Below, piece by piece: positions 52,018-64,000 of a stretch of DNA of 64,000 nt. How positions within the stretch are numbered: the stretch's first letter is position 1; the number at the start of each line of letters is the position of its first letter. Position numbers and translations under genes: made by a program. Below the pieces are notes generated by a model. That model was given only the letters and a program-made list of their open reading frames with translations, ran no database searches and was not told where the DNA came from. The stretch is from Octopus sinensis (lineage: Eukaryota), in contig NC_042998.1 in NCBI RefSeq assembly GCF_006345805.1, positions 73,780,001 through 73,844,000 of the forward strand, written 5' to 3'.

Positions 52018-52199
52018 AACCTTTGCACTTGATTTTTTAATGTTTTTTCCCCCATACTTTTGTGAGTTAGTTTAGGCAAAACTATCTGAGAGAGATCTTC
52101 TTTAAGTATTGGAAATAGCTGAAGAAATTTCTTTAGCTGCTATTTCTAATGAGTTCAGTATGTGGCAAAGTAATTTATTTTACTAAGCCCTTATATATA

Positions 52200-52271
<72 letters not shown>

Positions 52272-52284
52272 TATACATATATAT

Positions 52285-52384
<100 letters not shown>

Positions 52385-52551
52385 TATATGTGGTTGTCTG
52401 CTGTCAACTTAACGTGACAGTCCTGTAAGGGAATTGCACCACCGCTGTTTAGCCCTAGAAAGCATCGACGTTTCCTGTCGGCCTTGACACATTTCCTGTG
52501 TCCTTATATATTCACGAAGGGGAGACAAATACCCCAGCAGTAGGCCTGCAT

Positions 52552-52595
52552 CTAGAGACACGCATGTCTCAGGGTTTTGCCCATCATCGGTCTAG
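52552..52595 (-). ncRNA. Decayed type I hammerhead-like motif
   Basis: ctaga-CCGATGA-tgggcaaaaccct-GAGA-catgcgtg-TC-tctag. Stems are intact but the core has U4C and A14G changes. Confidence 0.45.
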
Positions 52596-52682
52596 AGTAG
52601 CAGAAGCCTGCTAGCTGAAGATATCTGTCTAGACTTCGTAAATATATATATATATTTTCACTGAATATATATAATATTATAT

Positions 52683-52724
<42 letters not shown>

Positions 52725-52899
52725 TCACCACCATTGCAATGTCCATCTCAATACATACTCGTGCTCGAGTATACCTGTATGGAAATCAGGTGTGGCGTAT
52801 GTGCCCACTGAACTTGTTACTTAGCATTATTGAATGTCAGGTAAGTTTGGCTTCTTAAATGAAAAGGTTTTGCTGAAAATAAGACTGCGAAGTACAAAC

Positions 52900-53480
52900 A
52901 GATTCTGCAAATGGTACCAAGGGAAGACAGTAGATGTTATAACAACTAGAAGAATAACTGCAACATCCAAGAAAATTTTATACTAACAGAAATTGAAACA
53001 GATTTGAAAGCGTTTGGAAATTAACTGAGAAGTTATGTGGAACTATGAAAGAAATCTTTGGGATATGACCTCCATTGAAAGAAGCAAAAGCTCCTTGAAT
53101 GAAAAATATTATCTCATCGATATCTCTGGTCGTTTGATCAGCAACAGGAGCACTTCAGGTGCAAACTGTCAAAGACTATCATTTCACATATACCTGTTAC
53201 TTCAGTCTTGATAAAAACATTGCAGAAATTGACTCATGATTTAGTGATAATAATCAAAACATGCTTTGTGCACTCGTGGCTTATATTATCATCAATCCTG
53301 GTGCCTTAGATAATCCAGATGAATATTATCGATTTGTTGCATCATATTATCATATTGATCTGGATCTCCTAAAGGCCGAAATGATAATCTACACAGTTTC
53401 ACGGAACAACTACATCCTCTTGTTCACAATTAGTATTGAAACTGTTTACAAGAACAAACCTCGACAAAATTACAGCTATC
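52900..53480 (+). mobile_element. Possible hAT (ZMYM1-like) transposase C-terminal remnant
   Basis: Broken peptide TYTCYF...AEIDS*FSDNNQNMLCAL...IDLDLLKAE resembles the hAT region preceding the dimerisation domain. Weak. Confidence 0.3.
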
Positions 53481-53659
53481 TTTGCAGCATTTCCTTCTAT
53501 ATTGTCGTAATGTCTCTAACAATTTCCCCCCTTTGCAGAGTACCCCATTTACAGAGTAACCCTCATGATTTTTGCCCTTTATTTTCTGTATTTGCTATAA
53601 TCAAACATAATGCTCGAAACCCAAGAATTAAAAGTTGCTGTTACTTCTCGAGCCATGCC

Positions 53660-53935
53660 TGGCTCGTAAGAGCCGGTTTCTCGGTTTCATTGGCGTACAG
53701 GTTCCCCACCTGGACAAGATACCGGTCTGTCGCAGGTGAACTGCTAGATGCAGGAGGAAAGAGTGAAAGAACGTTGTGGCGAACGAGTCAGCAGAAGTTC
53801 GCCATTACCTTCTGACGGAGCCGCGTGCTGAGTAGGTGTTTTGTTTATATACACACACATCGCCCGGTCTGAGATTCGAACCCGCGATCCCTCGACTGCG
53901 AGTCCGCTGCTCTAAACACTAGGCCATGTGCCTCC
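53660..53935 (-). mobile_element. tRNA-derived SINE (family C-like head)
   Basis: Minus strand: ggaggcacatggcctagtgtttagagcagcggactcgc...gggttcgaatctc, with body ending cctgcgacagaccgg...gaaaccggc. Confidence 0.7.
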
Positions 53936-55353
53936 ACAAGAACTAGAAGATATCACAAATTTGTTTCCATGTTTTGTTGTCCCTGCCTTTCCTTGTGCAA
54001 TGAAAGATCAAAAAGAATACGCGTGTGTGTATATGTATGTGTGCACGCACGTGTGTGTATGTATATGTGTCAGCACACGCGTGTGTGTGTGCACGCCTGC
54101 GTATGTGTGTGTGTGTGTTTGTATATGTATATGTTACAACTTACTATTAGGTTTGTCCTAAATTAGAGAATCATTGAACTGAATGGAACAAATCAAATGC
54201 ATTTTGGCAATACAGATGGTTAGCTTACAGAAAAGAGGTGAGGTTTCTACGTAGTCGTTTGACTTCCTAAAAATAGCAGCCAAACTCCTCAAGCTATACC
54301 TTACAATCTATAAACAATTGATAATCTAGTTCACTGTTCCTATAATAAAAGACAGGCCGAAAATATTTGTGATGTGATCATATGGTCTTCTTTAACAGTC
54401 TTGATTAATTAGGAATTAGATAATAACAATTATTTCGTACTTTTTATCATCAAATATAGCATTAAACCTACAGCAGGATTGAACCGAACACGATAAAACT
54501 CAAAATAGAAGTGATAGGCTTTGTCTTGCAGAGAAGGAGTGGAATAATTTCGCCCAAAATAAATATACGACAGACAAGAGATTGAAACTCCAAAAAAAGT
54601 TTATAACATTATTTGTGTAAAACCATATTTTTATAAAAAATCGATATCACGTTTGTGAACGAATGCAACAGAAAATGATCGGATTTACACAAGTTATCTA
54701 TTGCCGCTCTCAACCATTTCTATGCACAAAGTTCTGAAAGAAATGGTCAGATGACATCGACGGTCAGTTGATATTCTAGCGGGAATGGCCAGTCTGTCTT
54801 TATGGCAAACTGCATTTCGCGTTGATTCTATCAGAGACTATAAGAAAAACAAAAACTGATGCACACATCAATCAAGTTGTTGTGTTTGACACTGGTCTCC
54901 TTATCTCGGAACAGAAATAGTTGAACGATGTTGTTGTGCTTGCTCTTGTCGTAATTGGTGGTGATGGTGGTAGTGGTGGTGATGGTGGTAGTGGTGGTGG
55001 TGGTGGTGGTGGTGGTGGTGGTGGTTTTAGTGGTCACTGTAGGGGTCACGGTGTGGTGATGGTGCTGGTAAAGTACAGTTAAATCTTCAAGACTCTACTG
55101 ACAGCAAGCCAATATCTTCTATCTTCTTTATATATACGTACGTAAATATAACCATAGACACACACACAAACACACACACACGTACGCAAATACATAATCT
55201 CATGTGTTTGTATACACACATGTTTATACACATATAAATACACTCAAACATATTGATAACTTCATATGTATAAACAAACACTCTCTCTCACACACACACA
55301 CACACACACATACACACACACACACACACACACAACACACACACACACACCAC

Positions 55354-55414
<61 letters not shown>

Positions 55415-55514
55415 TATCGCAAATAGATAAACATACGAAAACATCGAAACGCAATCTTCCTCTCACTATACATATGTGTGTGTGCGCGTGCGCGCGTTTA
55501 TACAGGCACACACG

Positions 55515-55549
<35 letters not shown>

Positions 55550-56808
55550 GATAATATATGTTTGTACATGTCTACAGAGAGACTACAGAGAGAGAGAGAG
55601 GTGGAGAATGAAATGATTAAATATATATGTAATATCTGTATATATTTCATCTAACCTGGGGACACACATAGATGCAAGTGATTTATTAAATATAAAATGC
55701 CAAAGCACTACTCTAATTTACTGTTTGAATTTTTACTGACGTCGATAAATAATGTTCGTCTTCAGTGATTGAAAATTATAAGCAGTGATATCGCTAAGTG
55801 GAGATGTAACCAGTGAGTATGGTGAGTGAAAAATGGAATAACTGAGATTGTTAAGTCAAAAATGGAAAGCATTGAGATGAAATATGGAAAGAGCGTGCCT
55901 GATAAAAGTGATGCGTTGATTTCACAAATATTGAAACGTTGAACTGAACAATGGTGGCTTTTGAAGATGCCTTGCTTATTTATCTATTTATCCATTCATG
56001 TATTGCCGTTTTTGTTTAGCTCCCTATCAGTTCTGTTTCACTGGATCTATGATTAAAAGCTTAACGTTCTTTTTCCGGATAATATATTAACTGAATTAAC
56101 CAATGCGCCCTTCCTTTTTTTCTCTTTTAAAGACAGTAAGTTTGAATGAGAATCTACTGATATTTCTAGTTGGTCGATTTACCATGTAAAGGCTCCCTTA
56201 TTAACTTGAAAGATATCTACTTACTGTGTATATGGTGGTTTGTTATAGTAGATGTATGCAATTTATGAAATTCTATAGGAGAATGCAGTCACACGCAGAG
56301 AAAGAAAGTTCCTCGAATGTTTGTTCTTTGTTGCATGAAGCCGTTTCCAAGACTCCAGTTTCCAAACAGGACTGGGTTTTCACTCACAGCAGTGCGGTAG
56401 AATGGTTCAACCAAGCCACATGGCCAACAACACTTGGTCGAAATAATCCTCCATCTTTCGACATCTGTAGTTGGTAGTTTTTTACCCGTCATCGCAAATG
56501 CTACAAGACCATCATTCGAAAAATAATGAATGTTTCTATGGAGAACTTCATCTACGTCGATCTCACCAGCCTCGGAAATTCTGCAAAATCCATGGACACG
56601 GATTCCTCCTCCAGAACAAACCATTAAAAATAAATCCCAAAATAACACTTGTTGCGTTTATCGGTCAAGAACATATGAACGGCGTTGTTATGAGTTCAAA
56701 ACCGAGAGCAATGAACCAATAGATGTTAATACACAAGTGATGAACCATAGAGACTACTCTATAGCTAAAAGACATACTTTCAGCAAGTTCAGTTCTTCAC
56801 ATGGTTTC

Positions 56809-56893
<85 letters not shown>

Positions 56894-56894
56894 A

Positions 56895-57052
56895 AGACGA
56901 GCTTCTTTCAATTTCAGTCTACCAACTCCACTGACAAGGCTTTGATCGCCCGGAAGCTATAGAAGACACTTGCCCAAGGTACCATGCAGTGGGTCTGAAC
57001 CCGGAACCATGTGCTTGGGAAGCAAGCTACTTACCACACAGCCACTCCTGCG

Positions 57053-57055
<3 letters not shown>
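56895..57055 (-). mobile_element. SINE family B 5' half
   Basis: Reverse complement of ggcgcaggagtggctgtgtggtaagtagcttgc... Confidence 0.85.
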
Positions 57056-57092
<37 letters not shown>

Positions 57093-57139
57093 GAGGGGCT
57101 TAGTTCACTAGTGATCTAAACCTATAGGTACGCTACGTA

Positions 57140-57565
57140 AGTGCTATAATTGGTTATCCATTGGGTTCCAAGTGTGTATATTGACGGGAAAGCATTAAAA
57201 ACTGTTTTCTCCTTCACTTATCTTGGTTCCATTGTGTCCAATGATGCGAAGACAGATAAAGAAATCGAGTCCAGAATAGAGAAGGCTATCTCCATTTTCG
57301 TTAAGCTTTATCACTGGCTATGGAACAGCCATGACGTATCGTTAAAGGTGAAATTTAATGTATATAAGTCGATGGTCTTGACAAATGGTTCTGAAGCTTG
57401 AACTTTGTACCGAAAGCACATCAATCAGTTTGACGCTTTTCATAGGCGGTGCTTGCGTACTATCTCCCACGTAAAACCGAGTGACCATGTCCATAACAAT
57501 GAGGTACTTACAAATTGTAACATAACAGGTATTGAAGCCATCCTCATCAAAATACAGCTACGCGG
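57140..57565 (+). mobile_element. RTE-clade LINE RT C-terminal fragment
   Basis: FTYLGSIVSND...EIESRIEKA...LWNSHDVSLKVKFNVY...GSEA*TLYRKHI...FHRRCLRTI. Confidence 0.85.
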
Positions 57566-57839
57566 AGTAGATGAAACAGGGACAACTGATGAAGGGGAAT
57601 ATTCTTTATGTTGCATGTCTCGTTTCTCTTTCTTTTTTTTTTTCGTTGTTCGAAAAAAAGTACGTTTTCTATGTTTTCGTTTTTATGTTTTCGTTTCTCA
57701 TTGTGTTCAACGTTTTTTTTTTATGTCCTGTACCCATATATGCATGTATATATACATATATATGTAGGTATGTACATATATATATATATATATATATACG
57801 CTGGGGTATATATATGTATATGTATATATGTATATATAC

Positions 57840-57926
<87 letters not shown>

Positions 57927-58505
57927 CGTAAATACACACGCGCGCACAAGCGAAGTATGGGGAAAAGAGGGATGGACAGAAAGAGAAAGATGGAGAATGA
58001 GGGTAAAAATGAGAGCGAGAGATGGATAATTGGCCGTCAGTCGAATATGACAATTGCATAGTGTCTGCCAAGGAATAAATAAATAATGAGTGGCTGAATG
58101 AAAGAATGAACGAAAGTCATTGGACTTCGAAGATACAGCATCTCAACAGATGTATCCACGCAGCTGCTATTGTGATGCACGACTGCTCCCGAGATAGATA
58201 CCTACGTATAATATGTGCGCGTTCGTGTTCATGCGTGTGTTTGTGTGTGCACGAGTGTGTTTGTTTATGTGTACGTGCATGTGTGTTTGTATGTGTGTCC
58301 GTGTGTAGCTATGTTGATATATTGTATTTGGGCTTATATTTCATTTTTCATATCTATATAATTACAGCAGGTTATATATTAATACGGTGATAATCCCAAC
58401 TAAATCCGGAAGCTGTAGGAATGCAACGACAATTCTCAATAGTTATAATAGAGACTGTAGATTAACTGCTTACCGAACTTCAGCTCCTGTTGAAATTCGA
58501 TTTGT

Positions 58506-58556
<51 letters not shown>

Positions 58557-58802
58557 TGTCTGTTTGTGTGTGTGTGTGTGTGTGTGCGTGCGTGTGTGTG
58601 CGTGTGTGTGCGTGCGTAAATTATTAAAACTGAGATGTCATTTCTTGTACAACACTATTAAATTCAGTTATTTTGTTGGTATGGCTTCAATCCTCGGTAT
58701 TAAAAGCCATGCCACAAAGGATTCAATGGGAAGTCAATGCTAAAATCTGCTTCATACCTAGTAGTAGTAGTAGTAGTAGTAGTATCAGTAGTAGTAGTAG
58801 TC

Positions 58803-58845
<43 letters not shown>

Positions 58846-58978
58846 AGGCGGTGAGCTGGCTGAATCGTTAGCACGCCGGGCAAAATGCTTGGCGCCATTT
58901 CTTCCGTCCTTACGTTTGGAGTTCAAATTCCGCCGAGATCGACTTTGCTTTTTATCCTTTCGGAGTCGATAAATTAAG
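58846..58978 (+). mobile_element. SINE family A 5' part
   Basis: ggcggtgagctggctgaatcgttagcacgccggg...gagttcaaattccgccgag. Confidence 0.85.
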
Positions 58979-59039
58979 GCCTTGTAGGCTATTGAGGTTT
59001 GTGTTACAAAGTAACACAATGAAGTTTGGACAACAATTT

Positions 59040-60310
59040 TACCACTAGACGAGGAGCTGCGCCATGGATAGCTCCATGGCAGTTAATTTCGCTAGTGTCT
59101 TCATGACGAAATTCGAGAAACAGTTACTAAAATTATTCATGCCCTTACATGGTCATGAAGCAATATTCTAGTTACGGTTCATTGATGACTTCTTTTTTGT
59201 CTGGAAAAGATCACAGGATAATTTAATTGACTTCATGCACTTCTGTGACTGTTATGCTAAAAACTATGGCTTTAAGTCCAACATAAAATTTACGTCCAGT
59301 TTTTCAAAATCTGGCGTTGAATTTTTGGGCACAAAAGTCAAGTTTTCTGGAAGGAGAATAGCATCAGAGTTATTTTTTAAGCCCATATCATCTAACATTT
59401 ACCTCCACTGCCGCTTCGATCATCTAACTCATATAATTCGGTCAAATCCGAAATCCTAATTTTGAGGATAAATGGATTTATTCTGATATAGGGGATTACT
59501 GGAAATATGCAAATGCATTTCTGCACCATTATGTCAAACGCACTAATAGTGAATCACGATTAAAGGAAATTGCAAATGACATACCTAATATTAGCAAGGA
59601 AGGTCAAACTTTCAGGCGTAATTTTAGCAAAGTAAAATTTGTGATAGAATTTCTTTAGTGATTAAGTGGCACCGAAATTTCTCTGTCATTTCAAGTGTTA
59701 TATGAAAGTTACCAGCACGTTGCGGAAAAATATCCTTGTTTCAAATAAATATTCCCTCAGCCGCCTATTGTAGCCTTTAGACTGAATAAGAATATAAGAG
59801 AACTATTAACCTCTACTTCCGTCTCCAAGAAAACTAACATTGGATGTACCTTGAAAAACAGCCTCAAGAGAGGTAAGCCTTGTTCATTGTACAACAACAT
59901 GAGTTAAGTCAATTCCATCAGGAATAATAAGAGAATGTTATAATTTATACGAAAGTGGAACGTGTTGAGATTCCCATTTGGTGTATGCAGCAGAATGCAT
60001 CAAACACAACTTGATTTATGTTGGTGGTACTAAAGAACAATTAAACAAAAGATGCAATGGGCACATGTATGACGTCAAGTACAATAGCAGAAGTTCGACA
60101 GAACTTGCCGAATATTTTACATCAATTGGCTGTAATTTTGAAAAAGACTTGAAAGTGTACATTCCCAGAAAATATTCTGAATCTACTACACTTTCAGTCT
60201 TCAAAATGCATAAGGAGAAATATGTTTGTGAGTTATTAACATCACGCTCTGAAGGAATGAACAAAATGACAGGGAAATTTCATCATATTTACACGAAAGT
60301 GTTTCATACA
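59040..60310 (+). mobile_element. Second Penelope-like element: RT C-half, linker and GIY-YIG endonuclease, frameshifted
   Basis: SSMAVNFASVFM, RFIDDFFFVW, IKFT...VEFLGT, PPIVAFRLNKN and VYAAECIKHNLIYVGGTKEQLNKRCNGH...EGMN. Confidence 0.88.
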
Positions 60311-60384
60311 GTTCTATATTTAAGAGATGGGGCATTATGTACATTATTTATATTACTTACAATTATGTACATCATTTACATTAT

Positions 60385-61760
60385 TTACAATTGACGAATA
60401 TTTGTTCTCATCTTGATATCAGCACTGAAGGTATACACCGTATCAACGAGGGAACTGACTTGGGCTTCATCTTTACCATAAAGTTTGAGGTCATCCATGA
60501 ATAACAAATGATGGACATTTTGTTGGCAGCTTTTGAATACATACCCAGCTTTACTTTCCTCAGAATCAGTGATAGTGGTATCAAGCACAGTACAAAGATC
60601 AGTGGGAACAGGCAGTCCCCTTGGAAGATGCCCCTCCTAATTTCTACTGTCCCTAAACTTGTTCCATATGCTGTCAGGTCCGTCTTCCAATTTGCCGTAC
60701 TTTTTCCAAGCAATTGCTCAACATTCCATGCAATACCAAATAGGTTCATATATTCCATAATCCAAGAATGTGGGCTAATCCAAGACATGGCTAAGTTACA
60801 TTTCCTCCTTTTGCAGTCTCTAAGTAGAGTTTTGTCTATCAGGAGTTGATCCTTGGTACCTCTGCACTTACGCTTGCAACCCTTCTGCTCATGTGGCAGG
60901 ACTCCATTTTTTTCCAGATGTTCATAGATTGACTCTGCGAGTATTTCAGTCAATAACTTCCACATAAGTAGCAAACAGGATATCGGCCTGTAATTATCTA
61001 CCGTATTGCCTTTTCCGATTTTTTTAAACACAGCACTGTTCTACCCAATGTCAACCACTCTGTTGTTATTTGGTCGCCATTTAACAAGGTGTTGAGTTGC
61101 GCAGCTATTCGTGCATGACATTCACCAAATCTTTTGATCCAGTAACCTTGAACTCTATCTGGTCCCAGGTCCTTCCAGTTACTCGGTGTTTTTGCTGATT
61201 TCCTTCACTTCCCTAACTGAAATGACTAGTTCTGCATGTTTTGGACATACTACTGTTTGTTTCAGTTCTTGCAACCATTCAGCATCCTTCTTGTGCTTCT
61301 TGTCTTTGCTCCATATGTCACTCCAAAACTTTTGACTTGCATTGTTATCTGGTATCAACTTTTCATTTGTACACTCTCCATCTTTATAGAATCTCTTTTG
61401 ATCTACTCTGAATAACCTATTCTTGTAGTAACCTTTCATTCTTTGGTCGTATCTTACCATCTTTGCTTTGCTTTCTTTGCAACGAGGTGCTGTTTCAGTT
61501 GTTCATAACCATTCTCAGGCCCTTTCTTTCAATATTATACTTCCTTTTCAGCGCCCTGTATTTTTGTTCGCTTTTAAGCTCCCCTTTCTCTATTCGGTCT
61601 AACACAGAGATTTCCTTCAGGTCGAGTAGCCCCCACCCATCCCCAATCCGCTCAAAAGGTCCCTCAATATGGGTTGTTACGGATATTGAACAAAACACTT
61701 ATGATTCCAAAGGTAAATCATTCAGACCCCAACGAACTCCTCTCAACATATGGCTATGAT
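60385..61760 (-). mobile_element. R4/Dong-like LINE RT region, degenerate
   Basis: NYRPISCL...WKLLT, EQKGC...[23 protein letters not shown] and [11 protein letters not shown]. Confidence 0.85.
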
Positions 61761-61989
61761 GCTCCCCCACTACTTCTGCTCGTGATCAGAGATGCACATA
61801 TCGTCAGCCACTAAGGGACATGGTCAACTGGTTACGGTCAAACAACTGACAAGCAAATCTGTGGTATTGAGCAGAATATTTGCTGTAGCTCATTTTTTAT
61901 ACCAAGACAAAACAATGTACATGATAACACTTCCAATCAGTTAAGATAAGAAGCCATGAGAGCCACTACCTGGTACTGTATGAGGGTTT

Positions 61990-61993
61990 ATTA

Positions 61994-62033
<40 letters not shown>

Positions 62034-62034
62034 G

Positions 62035-62088
<54 letters not shown>

Positions 62089-62269
62089 ATGGTGATGGTG
62101 ATGGTGATGGTGGTGATAGTGATGGTGATGATGATGTTGATGATGGTGGTGGTGATGGTGATGGTGGTGATAGTGATGGTGATGATGATGATGTTGATGA
62201 GGATGATGGTGGTGGTGATGATGATGATGATGATGATGACGATGATGGTGATGATGATGGTGGTGGTGG

Positions 62270-62304
<35 letters not shown>

Positions 62305-62305
62305 A
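61990..62305. repeat. (ATT)n-(GAT)n-(GGT)n compound trinucleotide tract
   Basis: Directly visible. Poly-H/D/M ORFs are artefacts. Confidence 0.95.
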
Positions 62306-63302
62306 GTTTTTCTTCCAATTCTGTTTGCAGCTGTATTTCCGTTACAATAGCTTACCATTCGTCTGATGATCTTAATTCACAGTAAAGTTATTAAAACGAT
62401 GTGTCATTCCTATATATTGTAATTAGATTTAATGGTCACACTTTTAACTAATTAGACAGAACACGGGACTGACTTTTTTTATAGTTTAGCAATATTTCAG
62501 ATCTTAAATTGCTTCTAATTAGGCTACTTTGTAATCAATTCATCTGTTGTCTGTAGTCTGTTGTTGTTGTTATTGTTGTTGTTGTTGTTGTTGCTGCCGC
62601 TGTTTTTGTTGTTGTTACTATTGCTACTAATTCATTCTCAAATATATGTGAAAGGAAATTATGTTTCGAGGCCGGAAAAGAAACAGCTACTCGTTGAACT
62701 CGAACCGCTCATTTATCATTTGCTACGTCAATCTGATTGCTTCCTTTTTCCCGTCTCGTATTAGCGTTGATAATGTTGGATCGTACAAAGGCCCGTGGCC
62801 TAGTGTTTAGAGTCAAGAGAACACTGCTACCCGTGAGACTTTCTGAATGGGACACCAACTGAAAAATTATCTTGAATATTTTTTTTTAAACGTGTCGCCG
62901 CCCGTAATCCGTCATGGTTCATGCAGACCGCTTCTCAAAATAAGCTGCCCATCGCTGGTTTCAGGGCATTCGGCTCATGATTATACGGTTGTGTGTTCAG
63001 TTCTGGTACCAGGCAACATATGTGTTCTTAAGCAAGGTATTTCATTTCACGTTGCCGCTGACTATTCAGTTGTGATGAGTACCAGACAGATGCTGGCACA
63101 AGTGTTTCTCCTTCTGTTTCCTGCTGGATGTCCCGTTGGATAAAACTGAGAGGGTCAAGAGAGTATAATCGTCTGTTCGCGACAACATGGACACCAAAAA
63201 TAAATAGAGAAAATATGCTAAACGTTACCAGCTATATTTGAGTGATGCGTACCTGTACTTTCAAATGCTGATATGTATATATATATATATTATATATATA
63301 TA

Positions 63303-63349
<47 letters not shown>

Positions 63350-63448
63350 TGAGTAACAATGAAGGGTGAAATTAATTAATTTGGAATAATTATCAATTAC
63401 ACCAAGTAGTCTTCGGCATGTAAAAGCCTCATTCGAGGAAAATTTAAG

Positions 63449-63528
63449 TAATACTAAGCAATTAAGGGTTTAGCAACGAATTGTGTGGTAAGGCAATTCG
63501 TTACTAAACCCTTAATTGCTTAGTATTA
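63449..63528. repeat. 35-bp-arm hairpin with 10-nt loop
   Basis: taatactaagcaattaagggtttagcaacgaattg / caattcgttactaaacccttaattgcttagtatta, 1 mismatch. Confidence 0.9.
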
Positions 63529-63829
63529 TATATATATATATATATACAGATAAAGGGTGAAATATAATTAATTTAATAAAATCAATAAATTTCACCTAGT
63601 AGTATTTCGGTATGGAAAAGACCATATTCGGTAAACATTTATATAATTATAATAATAAGGGTTTCATGCAACAAGTTGCTTAAACCACATACCGAAAATA
63701 TTAGAAATAGCAGTCAAAGGACTACTGTTTCTTTTACTACAAAAATAAGTCTCCACAAACAACAATATTTGTAACTTACATGTGGCAAAAGAAGAAGGAA
63801 AACAACGAAACCACACAGTCTTCGGATTA

Positions 63830-63887
63830 ATTATGGACGCACGTTTCTGGATTAGAATCGTAAAGTTCATTTCCTTATCAACATAAT
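63830..63887 (-). ncRNA. Type I hammerhead-like motif with UUGAUAA core
   Basis: Reverse-complement copy of 63920-63977. Confidence 0.55.
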
Positions 63888-63919
63888 ATTTCTCCTAGCA
63901 TTTCTAGATTATGGGAAAT

Positions 63920-63977
63920 ATTATGTTGATAAGGAAATGAACTTTACGATTCTAATCCAGAAACGTGCGTCCATAAT
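63920..63977 (+). ncRNA. Type I hammerhead-like motif with U3-A8 variant core (GUC site after 63971)
   Basis: attatg-TTGATAA-gga...tcc-a-GAAA-cgtgcg-TC-cataat. Stem I is 6 bp and stem III ACGTGCGT is near-palindromic. Confidence 0.6.
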
Positions 63978-64000
63978 TAATCCGTCGACTGTGTGGTTTC

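Larger units (their letters stand above)
50474..52197. repeat. HHR-bearing tandem array: inverted arm 50474-50788, then ~555-bp units starting at 50789, 51344 and 51900 (last one partial)
   Basis: gtgattagaagccgaaagggtatgctcccg recurs with period 555-556. 50474-50788 is the reverse complement of 50810-51120. Ends in (TA)n. Confidence 0.95.
63807..64000. repeat. Palindrome (arms ~63807-63893 and ~63913-64000, cut by the window end)
   Basis: gaaaccacacag...aatattt versus aaatatt...ctgtgtggtttc. Confidence 0.92.

Noticed and set aside
50789-52197. Regularly spaced repeats as a possible CRISPR array
   Set aside because: Units are ~555 bp and fully repeated with no unique spacers, in a eukaryotic context with no cas genes.

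Overview
AT-rich, microsatellite-saturated animal genomic DNA with no recognisable host gene exon. Most short ORFs in the track are translations of simple repeats. The SINE and repeat complement resembles an octopus (coleoid cephalopod) genome, which is an inference. The window is a patchwork of transposon remains: a near-intact 5'-truncated CR1/jockey-group LINE, Penelope-like elements (PLEs), R4/Dong-like, HERO-like, RTE and Tx1-like LINE fragments, Helitron pieces, a possible hAT remnant and several tRNA-derived SINE families. The most striking signal is a set of type I hammerhead ribozyme (HHR) motifs in at least four short repeat families. They have palindromic stem III and sit in fold-back palindromes of identical polarity and in a ~555-bp tandem array, usually next to (TA)n. 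One family carries an apparent U3-A8 compensatory swap of the C3-G8 catalytic-core pair, and several have non-canonical stem II junctions. All structures were read by eye and none was computed or tested. Coordinates of degenerate elements are approximate.
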